Notes under the pieces: model-generated
Database searches by the model: none
Seen by the model: the letters and a program-made list of their open reading frames with translations, nothing else
What the model was told of the DNA's origin: nothing
Assembly: GCA_910579705.1 (NCBI GenBank)
Contig: CAJTUI010000013.1
Location: forward strand, 506-64,505
Reading direction: 5' to 3'
Origin: an uncultured Christensenella sp.
GTDB taxonomy: Bacteria; Bacillota; Clostridia; Christensenellales; Borkfalkiaceae
Length of the DNA: 64,000 nucleotides
Position numbers and translations under genes: made by a program
Shown: piece by piece, positions 41,368 to 50,072 of the stretch
How positions within the stretch are numbered: position 1 is the stretch's first letter
Layout of the letters: every line of letters starts with the position of its first letter

Positions 41368-42114
41368 ATGAGAAAAATTAATTTACCGCTTATTCTTGAC
41401 ACCTTTTTCGCCGCCGTATGCGCGTTTTTACTTTTTTTCACGGCGATAAGGTATTATACGAGAAACGCGTACATAGCGCTCGCGTTCGCCGTATGCGCGG
41501 CGCTATTGTTCGGCTGTCTTAGTTTCTTGTACATAAGCAGAAAGCAAAACAAGAAACTTCTTATCTCCCGCGACGAAAAGCAGAAAAAACTGTTATCGTT
41601 GCACCTGTCGCTTTCGACCGACGAATACGTGTGCGAACTTTTCGAAAAATGCCTGCGCCCCGAGGAAGGGTCCTCCGAAATCAAGGGCGGAAAAGTATAT
41701 ACCGACGGGCGGGTGTATTTCTTTGAATTTATAATGCAACCAATATCAGAAGACGCCGTTGCAAAGGTTATAAAATTCAGGACCGATGACAAAAAAATAA
41801 TTTTCTGTAACCGCATATCCGCGGAGGCCGCCGTGCTTGCAGAAAGCTTTCTGATAGAGGTTAAACAGATAGACGAAATTTACAAGCTGCTTGAAGACAA
41901 CAAGCTGCTGCCCGAAAAATACGTTTACGAGGGCGCGAAAAAGATAAGCGTGTGGAAACGCGTTAAAGCAAGGTTTTCGCGCAGGATATGCGCGCCGCTC
42001 TTCTGGTCGGGCCTTGCGCTTTTGGCGCTGAGTTATTTTACGTTTTTTCCGATTTACTATATCGTAAGCGGCGGGATAATGCTTGTCGCCTCCGCCGTCG
42101 CGCTTGTCATTTAA
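41368..42114 (+). CDS. Membrane protein, unknown function (2 TM + soluble domain + 2 TM)
   Basis: 248 aa. Call based on hydrophobicity pattern only. Confidence 0.5.
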   Translation: MRKINLPLILDTFFAAVCAFLLFFTAIRYYTRNAYIALAFAVCAALLFGCLSFLYISRKQNKKLLISRDEKQKKLLSLHLSLSTDEYVCELFEKCLRPEEGSSEIKGGKVYTDGRVYFFEFIMQPISEDAVAKVIKFRTDDKKIIFCNRISAEAAVLAESFLIEVKQIDEIYKLLEDNKLLPEKYVYEGAKKISVWKRVKARFSRRICAPLFWSGLALLALSYFTFFPIYYIVSGGIMLVASAVALVI

Positions 42115-42404
42115 AGCTCGATATGAGAGACGTCCTTTCTTTGCGACCGCCTGTAAAGCACGGCCTTGCGGCCTATTACTATCACGCACTCCGCCGAAAG
42201 CTTTTCCGCAAGCTCTCTGCCGAGCGCCTGCGGTTCGCCGTCCGCGTTTTCTAAAATATTGATTTTTATAAGCTCGCGTTTTTCAAGACAGTCCGAAAAA
42301 CTTGCAAGCATATTTTCGCCTATGCCTTCCTTGCCCACCTGTCCTATCGGCGACAGGTTCGCGGCAAGGCTTTTTAATTTACTGCGTTGTTTTGACGTTA
42401 ACAT
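42111..42404 (-). CDS. yhbY: YhbY/CRM-domain RNA-binding ribosome assembly protein
   Basis: 97 aa. Motifs LTSKQRSKLKSLA, GKEGI. Confidence 0.85.
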   Translation of the reverse strand: MLTSKQRSKLKSLAANLSPIGQVGKEGIGENMLASFSDCLEKRELIKINILENADGEPQALGRELAEKLSAECVIVIGRKAVLYRRSQRKDVSHIEL

Positions 42405-42411
42405 TTTTACC

Positions 42412-43692
42412 TCAGTTTACAAAATCGAATTCCACGTCGCCGACGATTACCGTGTCGTTTTCCTTAATGCCCATTTCACGCAATCTGGAAATAACGCCTT
42501 TCTCGCGCAGAATTTTCTGGAAATATGCCATAGAATCGGGGTCGTTGAGCGCTACGTTGCGGCACAGCATATCGACAAGGTCGCCGACTATCACATAAGC
42601 GTCTCCGTCCATATATATCTCGAAACCGAGATTGCCGCTCTTGGTATACGTAAAGTTTTCGTCGCTCTCTATCCGCTTTACGGGCGGGAGCTGTTTCAGA
42701 ATCTCGAAAACGCCTTCGATAAGCTTGTCCGTGCCCTCGCCGTTCACCGCCGTTATCGGGAAGATTTTGTACTTACGCGAATATTTCTTTTTAAACAGCT
42801 TGACGTTTTCTTCCGCGCCGTACACGTCGCACTTGTTGAGCGCGATTACCTGCGTAAGTTTACCGAGCACCCCGCTGTATGCCGTAAGCTCGGCGTTGAT
42901 TTTCTTGAAATCTTCAATCGGGTCCCTGCCCTCGCACCCCGAAATATCCACAACGTGCAGGAGCATACGCGTGCGCTCTATGTGGCGCAGAAAGTCGTGC
43001 CCCAATCCCGCGCCGTCCGCCGCGCCCTCGATAAGCCCAGGTATGTCCGCGGCGACGAAACTGTCGTCGTAATACCTGACTACGCCGAGATTAGGCGAAA
43101 GCGTTGTGAAATGATAGTTGGCTATCTTTGGCCGCGCGGCCGAAATTTTGGAAAGCAGCGTGGATTTACCAACGTTGGGAAAACCAATAATTCCCACGTC
43201 CGCGATAACTTTAAGTTCGAGTATCAACACGTGCGGCCGGGTCTTTTCGCCTTTCTGCGCGAAATTAGGCGCGTGCCTGCGCGCAGTGGTAAAGCGCACG
43301 TTGCCCTTGCCGCCCCTGCCGCCTTCCGCGATTAGCTTTTTCTCGCCCTCGTAAAACATATCGCAGATAACGGAGTCGGTTTCGGCGTCCCTTACAACCG
43401 TGCCCACGGGAACCTTGATAACCATATCGTTCCCGCTCCTGCCGAAACACTTATTCGTTCCGCCGCGCTCGCCGTCGCCAGCAAAATACTTGCTCGTATA
43501 CCTGAACGAAAGCAAATCGTTCATAGACGGATCCGCAACGACGTAAACCTTGCCGCCGTCGCCGCCGTCGCCGCCGTCGGGCCCGCAAGCGGGTTTGCCC
43601 TTGAAGGCCTTGAACGAATTCATTCCGTCGCCGCCGTCGCCCGATTTTATAGTTATTTTTACCTTGTCGGTAAATAAGTTTTTATCCGCCAT
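42412..43692 (-). CDS. obg: GTPase Obg/CgtA
   Basis: 426 aa. Motifs FTDKVKITIKSGDGGDG, GFPNVGKST, and a C-terminal OCT domain. Confidence 0.95.
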   Translation of the reverse strand: MADKNLFTDKVKITIKSGDGGDGMNSFKAFKGKPACGPDGGDGGDGGKVYVVADPSMNDLLSFRYTSKYFAGDGERGGTNKCFGRSGNDMVIKVPVGTVVRDAETDSVICDMFYEGEKKLIAEGGRGGKGNVRFTTARRHAPNFAQKGEKTRPHVLILELKVIADVGIIGFPNVGKSTLLSKISAARPKIANYHFTTLSPNLGVVRYYDDSFVAADIPGLIEGAADGAGLGHDFLRHIERTRMLLHVVDISGCEGRDPIEDFKKINAELTAYSGVLGKLTQVIALNKCDVYGAEENVKLFKKKYSRKYKIFPITAVNGEGTDKLIEGVFEILKQLPPVKRIESDENFTYTKSGNLGFEIYMDGDAYVIVGDLVDMLCRNVALNDPDSMAYFQKILREKGVISRLREMGIKENDTVIVGDVEFDFVN

Positions 43693-43695
43693 AAT

Positions 43696-45078
43696 CTACC
43701 TTGAAAGTTCCTCGCACAGCGCCGCGTTATCGCGCGTTTGCGAGAATAAATTAATTACCTCTTCCGTACGCATACCGCGCAACGCCTCCGCCGTTTTATG
43801 CTCCGCCGAAGAAAGCAAGGTATCGCTTACCGACGAATATGTGTTTTGTAAATCCAGAGGCGGATATACGCGCGCTTTCGCAAGCTCTGCGGAAAGACTT
43901 ATGCGCATACCGCACAGGTTTATCAGTCCCGAACGCACAGCGCCGTCTATTCCGTCGCCGCCGTCCGTAAGCGCGGAAATCACGGTAAGCGAGCCGCCCC
44001 CCTCGGTATTTCTCGCCGCCGCAAGATATCTTTTCACGCCGTCCAGCGCAGAAGTGTCCAGAGCGCTTGCAACCTGCCTGCCGCAGGAGTTGTACGCGCG
44101 GGCAAGCCGCGTTATATCGTCCAGTATAAGAACCGCGTCTTTCTTCTGCTCCACAAGCCGTTTACAGTGCTCCAACGCAAGTAGCGCTGTATCCACCGCG
44201 TTCTGCGCCCCCTCGTCGAAAGTCGACGCAAAGACCCCGCCCGAAAAAGTGCGTTGAAAGTCCGCCGCCTCTTCGGGGCGCGCGTCTACAAGCGCAATCA
44301 CGGTGGCAATATCCTTAACGCAATTTTTAAGCGCCGCCGCAATCCGCTTTAAAAGCGCGGTCTTTCCCGCGCCGTGCGGCGCCGTTATAAACGCGCGCTG
44401 ACCCGCACCGAGCGGAGCAAACATATCGATCATTCGCCCGACGATATCGCCGCCGTGCGCAAGCCGTAAAATCTTATCGGGGTATATAGGTATAAGGTTG
44501 TTGAAATGCGTACGCCTGCCCGTATCCTCGGGCGAAACGCCGTTTACGGAAATGATTCCCGCAAGTCCCGCCAGCTCGTCCTCGTTACTGCGCTTGCAGT
44601 TTCCGTATACAGAATCGCCTTCGCGCAGGGAGAAATTATTTACGAAAAAATCGTTGACAAACACGTCGCCGCAACTTCCGCCCTTGCCGAAAACGCGCAA
44701 GAACCATTTACCGTCCGACCTGCAAAGCAGACCTTCCGCGGTAAAATCGAGCGGGTCGAAACCCGCTCCGCTGGAAACGCCGATATAGGTTTTTTCGCGC
44801 TCGTCGCCGCCGTTAGCGGAAAGACAAATCTCGCGGCAACGCAGAATGTCCGAAACAATCTGCCTGTCGTATTCGGTCGACTTGGGGTGTGCGCCCCTCA
44901 CGGACGGAACCGCGGGGTCGCTCTCGCCAGACGCAATTTTCATTATACAATCGAGTATGCGTTCCTTTCTGCCGTCGGCAGGCCGCGGAACGCCGACAGC
45001 GCGCGCTATCTGGCGTATATCGTGTATCGTTTTGGCGTTTAAACGCCGCTCTATTTCCTCAATTAATTTTTCGGCCAC
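43696..45078 (-). CDS. rho: Transcription termination factor Rho (divergent N-terminus)
   Basis: 460 aa. Motifs GAGQRAFITAPHGAGKT, ILDDITRLARAYN, ARNTEGGGSLT. Confidence 0.8.
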   Translation of the reverse strand: MAEKLIEEIERRLNAKTIHDIRQIARAVGVPRPADGRKERILDCIMKIASGESDPAVPSVRGAHPKSTEYDRQIVSDILRCREICLSANGGDEREKTYIGVSSGAGFDPLDFTAEGLLCRSDGKWFLRVFGKGGSCGDVFVNDFFVNNFSLREGDSVYGNCKRSNEDELAGLAGIISVNGVSPEDTGRRTHFNNLIPIYPDKILRLAHGGDIVGRMIDMFAPLGAGQRAFITAPHGAGKTALLKRIAAALKNCVKDIATVIALVDARPEEAADFQRTFSGGVFASTFDEGAQNAVDTALLALEHCKRLVEQKKDAVLILDDITRLARAYNSCGRQVASALDTSALDGVKRYLAAARNTEGGGSLTVISALTDGGDGIDGAVRSGLINLCGMRISLSAELAKARVYPPLDLQNTYSSVSDTLLSSAEHKTAEALRGMRTEEVINLFSQTRDNAALCEELSR

Positions 45079-45723
45079 TCAATGCCTCCTGAAAACGATT
45101 ACCTTGGTATCGCCGCTCAGGTCGTTGCGCATAAGCTCTATTGCGTCGCCCGCAACCTCTTCGATACACTCCTCGTCGAAAAGGCCGAGGAAATCGTCCA
45201 CCTTGTCTATGTCCAGCTTACAGCCCTTTTCGCGGTAGTGCATAGGAATAACCACGTCGGGCATAATCCTGTCCACGTATTCCTTGGCCATTTCCGCGTC
45301 GATAGTATAAGTTCCGCCCACGGGTATGAGAAGTACGTTTACGGGCAGAAGTAAATCGATAAGCTCGGGCGAGCACGCCTCGCCCAAGTCGCCCATATGG
45401 CAGATATCTATGCCGTCCATACGGAACTTGAAAATGAGGTTTTCGCCGCGCTTTTTACCGCGCTTTTCGTCGTGGAAACTGCGTATCGCGCTGATTTCCA
45501 CCCCCGGCAGGTCGTGACTGCATTCCTTGTCGATAACCTCCGCCGCGCCGCTTACGTTCTTGACATTGTCGTGGTCGTAATGATGGTGCGAAACGGTAAC
45601 CGCGTCCGCGGTCACTTCGGGCAGGTCGTAACCCACTGACTCGTCGTAAGGGTCGCATACCACGGAAGTGCCCGTGCTCTCTATTAGTTTGAAACAGGAA
45701 TGTCCGAGATATTCTATCTTCAT
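45079..45723 (-). CDS. MBL-fold metallo-hydrolase
   Basis: 214 aa. Motifs MKIEYLGHSCF, VSHHHYDH. Confidence 0.8.
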   Translation of the reverse strand: MKIEYLGHSCFKLIESTGTSVVCDPYDESVGYDLPEVTADAVTVSHHHYDHDNVKNVSGAAEVIDKECSHDLPGVEISAIRSFHDEKRGKKRGENLIFKFRMDGIDICHMGDLGEACSPELIDLLLPVNVLLIPVGGTYTIDAEMAKEYVDRIMPDVVIPMHYREKGCKLDIDKVDDFLGLFDEECIEEVAGDAIELMRNDLSGDTKVIVFRRH

Positions 45724-46127
45724 ATTTTCCCCCGTGAATTTTTTACCGCAGTAAGAGTTAATTTTATCCGTTCTTTTTCGGCCCCGCTCAGATAGTCGAG
45801 GTCAAGCCTTAACCCGTCTTCACCGAAAACGCAATCCGCCTTTTCGGTAAACACCTCGAACGAGCCGGTAAACCCGCAACAGCCTACCGTGCAGGACGTT
45901 GTGCGCCCCTCTTCGAAAGCTATGTCCACAAACTGGTTGCCGCGTCTGGTCTGGGTGATTTTTCCGCCCCTGACAACCAGCGCGCACTCGTCGCCGTCGA
46001 GAACGTAGCAAAGTTTTATTGATTTTCCGTCGTTTACAAGCCGTCCTTCGGCCGTTTTCAAATCGCTCCAACCGTCGCCGCGTGAGTCGATTTTTACGTT
46101 TACATTCTGATTATAACACATATCCAA
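45720..46127 (-). CDS. DUF1934 (YwiB-like) beta-barrel protein
   Basis: 135 aa. Family recalled from sequence pattern. 4-nt overlap with the MBL gene. Confidence 0.55.
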   Translation of the reverse strand: MDMCYNQNVNVKIDSRGDGWSDLKTAEGRLVNDGKSIKLCYVLDGDECALVVRGGKITQTRRGNQFVDIAFEEGRTTSCTVGCCGFTGSFEVFTEKADCVFGEDGLRLDLDYLSGAEKERIKLTLTAVKNSRGKI

Positions 46128-46132
46128 AAAAA

Positions 46133-46984
46133 TTACTTCAATTTTTGTACGAAAATATCCGATTGCCGTAAAGTATTTTTACCGCTCTCGAAACGCGCCC
46201 TGCCTTCGCGCAGTACAGCCCGCAAATTCTGCCCGTCGCCGCTATCGACCGCGCGCTTGATTTCTTCCAGCGAGGAGATAAGATTGCCGATACTCCGCGA
46301 AAGATTTTCAGCGTTATTGAGATAAAGCGCCGCCCAGACGTTTTCGTCCACGCCCGCAATCCTGGTCATATCCTGAAAACTGCCGCCCGTGAAACCTATG
46401 CAACCCGCTATCTCTTCGTCTTTGACGTACGCGTTGGAAACGATATGGGCAAGCTGAGAAGTATAGGCGATTTTCCTGTCGTGAGTTTCGGCCGAGCACT
46501 CGACTATATATCCGAACCCCATATCGGCCGTGAGCTTGCGAATAATTTCAAGCGCCGCCGCGTCGGTCTTATTATCGGAAGTTATGACCATACTCGCCCC
46601 GTCGAAAAGTTCGGCGCAGGCGTTTTCTATGCCCGAAACCTCTTTACCAGCCATAGGGTGACAGCCCACGTAACGGAAGTTCCGCGGCTTCGCCTCCACT
46701 TCGCGTAAGATATAGCGTTTGACGCCGCATATGTCCGCGACAACCGCCCCGTCTTTGAACTCCGCCGCGTTTATAAAGTCTGCCGTTGCCTTTGGCGGCA
46801 GAGCGACAAACACGACGTCATAGCCCGAAAAATTTTCGGCAGACGAGTCAATTATTTTATTTTCCAGCGCGTAACCGAGCGCCTCGGCCGAACGGTTCCA
46901 GCCCGAAACTTCATAACCCGCGCGTTTAAGCGACATACAAAGCGAGCCGCCGATTATGCCCAGCCCCGCGACACAAATTTTCAT
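46133..46984 (-). CDS. tyrA: Prephenate dehydrogenase
   Basis: 283 aa. Motifs MKICVAGLGIIGGS, GCHPMAGKE. Confidence 0.9.
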   Translation of the reverse strand: MKICVAGLGIIGGSLCMSLKRAGYEVSGWNRSAEALGYALENKIIDSSAENFSGYDVVFVALPPKATADFINAAEFKDGAVVADICGVKRYILREVEAKPRNFRYVGCHPMAGKEVSGIENACAELFDGASMVITSDNKTDAAALEIIRKLTADMGFGYIVECSAETHDRKIAYTSQLAHIVSNAYVKDEEIAGCIGFTGGSFQDMTRIAGVDENVWAALYLNNAENLSRSIGNLISSLEEIKRAVDSGDGQNLRAVLREGRARFESGKNTLRQSDIFVQKLK

Positions 46985-46990
46985 AAGGGC

Positions 46991-47019
46991 ATTATATCAT
47001 ACTTTTTGACTTAACACAA
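46991..47019 (-). promoter_or_regulatory. Promoter TTGTGT-17-(TGA)TATAAT ending 6 nt before the tyrA ATG (leaderless-type)
   Basis: Minus sense ...tgaTATAATgcccttATG. No SD. Confidence 0.5.
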
Positions 47020-47080
47020 CGGATAATCCGTTATTAAAAAATAAAAAAGCGGTGAAATAATTTGTACGTTCCGATTTTTA

Positions 47081-47109
47081 TTGACTTTTCCGCCGCGTTT
47101 AATTATAAT
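47081..47109 (+). promoter_or_regulatory. pgk promoter TTGACT-17-TATAAT
   Basis: ttgacttttccgccgcgtttaattataat. pgk has a normal SD (AAAGGAG). Confidence 0.65.
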
Positions 47110-47149
47110 GATTAAGTAAAAAATTATTTATTTAAAGGAGCTTGTATCT

Positions 47150-48460
47150 ATGAATAAGATGTCCGTTAAAGACCTCAAAGACTTATACGGTAAAAAAGTG
47201 CTTGTGCGCTGCGATTTCAACGTGCCTATGAAAGACGGCGTCATCACCGATGAAAACAGAATTCAGGGCGCATTGCCCACCATTAAATACCTGCTTGAAA
47301 AGGGCGCGAAAGTTACGCTCTGCTCGCATATGGGTAAACCCCACTCCATTTTCTCGGCAGAGGTTAAGCTTAACAAAAAAGATAAAAAGAAGGTTGACGC
47401 GGGCGAAACCACGGCGGACGCGATAATCGCGAAAGCCAAAGCCGACGAACCCAAAAAGCTTACGCTTGCGCCCGTTGCGAAAAGACTCAACGAGTTGCTC
47501 GGCGGTAAAGTCGTATTCGCGACCGACGTTATCGGCACAGACGCAAAATCCAAGCGCGACGGCCTTGGTTGCGGCGAGGCCGTGCTCCTCGAAAACCTGC
47601 GTTTCCACTGGGAAGAAGAGAAAAAGGACGAAAACTTCTGCAAAGAGCTTGCTTACGACGCGGAAATTTACGTAAACGACGCTTTCGGAACGGCGCACCG
47701 TTCGCACGCGTCCACCGCCGCTATCGTTGAATACGGCATAGTAAAGACAGCCGTTTGCGGTTTCCTTATCGAGAAAGAGCTTTCGGTTATGGCAGACACG
47801 CTCGACAATCCCCGGCGCCCCTTCGTCGCAATCCTCGGCGGCGCGAAAGTTGCGGATAAACTCAACGTTATCAACAACCTGCTTGAAAAATGCGACACGC
47901 TGATAATCGGCGGCGGAATGGCTTACACCTTCCTCAAAGCAAAGGGCTACGAGGTAGGCACCTCCCTTCTCGAAGAAGATAAGGTTGCTTACTGCAAGGA
48001 AATGATGGAAAAAGCGGCGAAAGCGGGCAAGGAACTTCTGCTCCCCGTAGACACCGTCGTCGCGGACCACTTCCCCGACCCCATCGACGAAAAAATCGAA
48101 GTTAAAACCGTACCGTCAAGCGAAATCCCCTCCGACCTTATGGGTATGGATATAGGCGAAAAAACAAGAAAGCTTTACGCGGAAAAAGTTGCGTCCGCAA
48201 AATCGGTTATCTGGAACGGCCCTATGGGCGTGTTTGAAAACCCCACCCTTGCAAAGGGAACTATCGCAGTGGCTCAGGCGCTTGCGGACGTTTACGGCAA
48301 GTGCACCACCATTATCGGCGGCGGCGACAGCGCGGCGGCTATCCAGCAGCTCGGTTTTGCAGATAAGGTAACCCACATCTCGACCGGCGGCGGCGCGTCG
48401 CTCGAACTCTTCGAAGGCAAGATACTCCCCGGTATCGACTGCCTGAACGAAAAGAATTAA
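47150..48460 (+). CDS. pgk: Phosphoglycerate kinase with a Lys-rich N-domain insertion
   Basis: 436 aa. Motifs [25 protein letters not shown]. Extra segment at roughly aa 65-103. Confidence 0.95.
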   Translation: MNKMSVKDLKDLYGKKVLVRCDFNVPMKDGVITDENRIQGALPTIKYLLEKGAKVTLCSHMGKPHSIFSAEVKLNKKDKKKVDAGETTADAIIAKAKADEPKKLTLAPVAKRLNELLGGKVVFATDVIGTDAKSKRDGLGCGEAVLLENLRFHWEEEKKDENFCKELAYDAEIYVNDAFGTAHRSHASTAAIVEYGIVKTAVCGFLIEKELSVMADTLDNPRRPFVAILGGAKVADKLNVINNLLEKCDTLIIGGGMAYTFLKAKGYEVGTSLLEEDKVAYCKEMMEKAAKAGKELLLPVDTVVADHFPDPIDEKIEVKTVPSSEIPSDLMGMDIGEKTRKLYAEKVASAKSVIWNGPMGVFENPTLAKGTIAVAQALADVYGKCTTIIGGGDSAAAIQQLGFADKVTHISTGGGASLELFEGKILPGIDCLNEKN

Positions 48461-48473
48461 ACTACAAAAAACA

Positions 48474-48516
48474 AACGGCTTGCGACAATGTGTCGCAAGC
48501 CGTTTTATTTTATTTT
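48474..48516. terminator. Strong bidirectional terminator after pgk
   Basis: aacggcttgcgac-aatgt-gtcgcaagccgtt followed by a T-run. Confidence 0.8.
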
Positions 48517-48842
48517 TGGGCTGTTCCCGTTGCTTTATCGATAATAAACATTATCCCTATGCCTACCGACAGTAACAGATAAGCTACGTTAAACGGAAAC
48601 GCCAGATAGTACGGCGCGCTCTTATCCTTTGCAAGCCTGCGCGCAAATACCCCGCAAGTAACAGATAAAGCAAAAACAATTAAATAAATAATCAAGAAAA
48701 CTATATCTATATTTTTGAAAACAGCAAAACCCGTAACAAAGAAATTATAAATAAGCCCCCCGGCGCTTACAAAAAGCCTATCAAAAATTATAAACATATA
48801 AGACGCTATGGTTAACAACCAACTAAACACTTTTTTCTTCAT
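48510..48842 (-). CDS. Small 3-4 TM membrane protein, unknown function
   Basis: Start chosen at MKKKVFSW, with SD AAGGAGAA 8 nt upstream. 110 aa. Confidence 0.55.
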   Translation of the reverse strand: MKKKVFSWLLTIASYMFIIFDRLFVSAGGLIYNFFVTGFAVFKNIDIVFLIIYLIVFALSVTCGVFARRLAKDKSAPYYLAFPFNVAYLLLSVGIGIMFIIDKATGTAQK

Positions 48843-48862
48843 AAATATTTTCTCCTTTTTAT

Positions 48863-48927
48863 CTTGTCCTGTCATAGGACAAGTTTTTCATTATTTTAAC
48901 ATTATATTTGTCCTGTGTCAAGACAAA
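48863..48927. promoter_or_regulatory. Two related inverted repeats (putative XRE operator sites) in the divergent intergenic region
   Basis: cttgtcct-gtcat-aggacaag (48863-48883) and tttgtc-ctgtgtcaa-gacaaa (48907-48927). Both contain TTGTCCTGT. Confidence 0.5.
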
Positions 48928-48954
48928 AATAATATTAAAACGGAAAGTGAAAAG

Positions 48955-49212
48955 ATGGCGAGAATAATAGACGGAAACAAACAGAATTTGGTTGGGCTGA
49001 ACGTAGCCAGAAGGCGCACAGAACTTAAAATGAGCCAGCAGCAGCTTTCAAACAATCTGGAACTGTACGGCGTGTACGTCTGCAGAGGCTCGGTATCAAG
49101 AATCGAGGACTTCTCCCGCACCGTCACCGATATTGAACTGTACGCCTTGTCCAAAGCGCTTAACACAAGCATAGAAAGCTTGCTGGACAAAGATATAATC
49201 GATAAAAAGTGA
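48955..49212 (+). CDS. XRE-family HTH transcriptional regulator
   Basis: 85 aa from MARIIDGNKQNLVGLNVARRRTELKMSQQQLS... The track ORF begins upstream but that extension is hydrophobic junk. Confidence 0.75.
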   Translation: MARIIDGNKQNLVGLNVARRRTELKMSQQQLSNNLELYGVYVCRGSVSRIEDFSRTVTDIELYALSKALNTSIESLLDKDIIDKK

Positions 49213-49223
49213 TAAAAAAACGA

Positions 49224-49258
49224 CAATTGCATTTAATGCGATTGCCATTTTTTTTATT
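49224..49258 (+). terminator. Intrinsic terminator after the XRE gene
   Basis: caattgca-tttaa-tgcgattg followed by ccattttttttt. Confidence 0.55.
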
Positions 49259-49301
49259 AAGTGATATAATAATTAGCGTTAAAAAATTTTAGGAGAAAAT
49301 T

Positions 49302-50048
49302 ATGTCAAGAAAACCTTTTATAGCAGGAAACTGGAAAATGAATATGACCGCGGCAAGCGGGGAAAAACTTATCAAAGACCTTATCCCGCTCGTTAAAGAC
49401 GCGGACTGCGACGTGTGCCTTTGCGTACCCGCAATACTCATTCCCGCAATGACGAAAGCCGCGGCGGGCAGCAACATAGCTATCGGCGCGGAAAACGTGC
49501 ACTGGGCGGCCTCGGGCGCGTACACGGGCGAAATTTCCGCGGATATGCTTAAAGAATACGGCGTTAAATACGTAATCATAGGCCACAGCGAAAGGCGCCA
49601 GTACTTCGGCGAGACCGACCGGACGGTAAACAAGCGCACCCTTGCCGCGCTTAACGCGGGCCTTACCCCTATCGTATGCGTGGGCGAGCTTTTGGAAGAG
49701 CGCGAAAGCGGAAAGACAAACGAAGTTCTCGACCGTCAGCTTGCCGAGGGACTTAAAGACATAGAAGACATAACCAAAATTGTTATCGCCTACGAACCCG
49801 TATGGGCAATCGGCACGGGCAGAACCGCAACCGACGCGCAGGCGCAGGAAACGATTGCTTATATCCGCAAGAAAATCGGCGAACTTTTCTGCCCCAAATG
49901 CGCGGAGAAAATTATTATCCAGTACGGCGGAAGTATGAACGCGGGCAACTGCAAGGGGCTTATGGCTCAGAACGACATCGACGGCGGACTTATCGGCGGC
50001 GCGTCGCTTAAAACCGACTTTGCGGCGATAGTCAACTACAACAAATAA
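49302..50048 (+). CDS. tpiA: Triosephosphate isomerase
   Basis: 248 aa. Motifs IAGNWKMN, IIGHSERR, AYEPVWAIGTG. Confidence 0.95.
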   Translation: MSRKPFIAGNWKMNMTAASGEKLIKDLIPLVKDADCDVCLCVPAILIPAMTKAAAGSNIAIGAENVHWAASGAYTGEISADMLKEYGVKYVIIGHSERRQYFGETDRTVNKRTLAALNAGLTPIVCVGELLEERESGKTNEVLDRQLAEGLKDIEDITKIVIAYEPVWAIGTGRTATDAQAQETIAYIRKKIGELFCPKCAEKIIIQYGGSMNAGNCKGLMAQNDIDGGLIGGASLKTDFAAIVNYNK

Positions 50049-50072
50049 TCTGCTTTAACGGAGCGACTGTAA

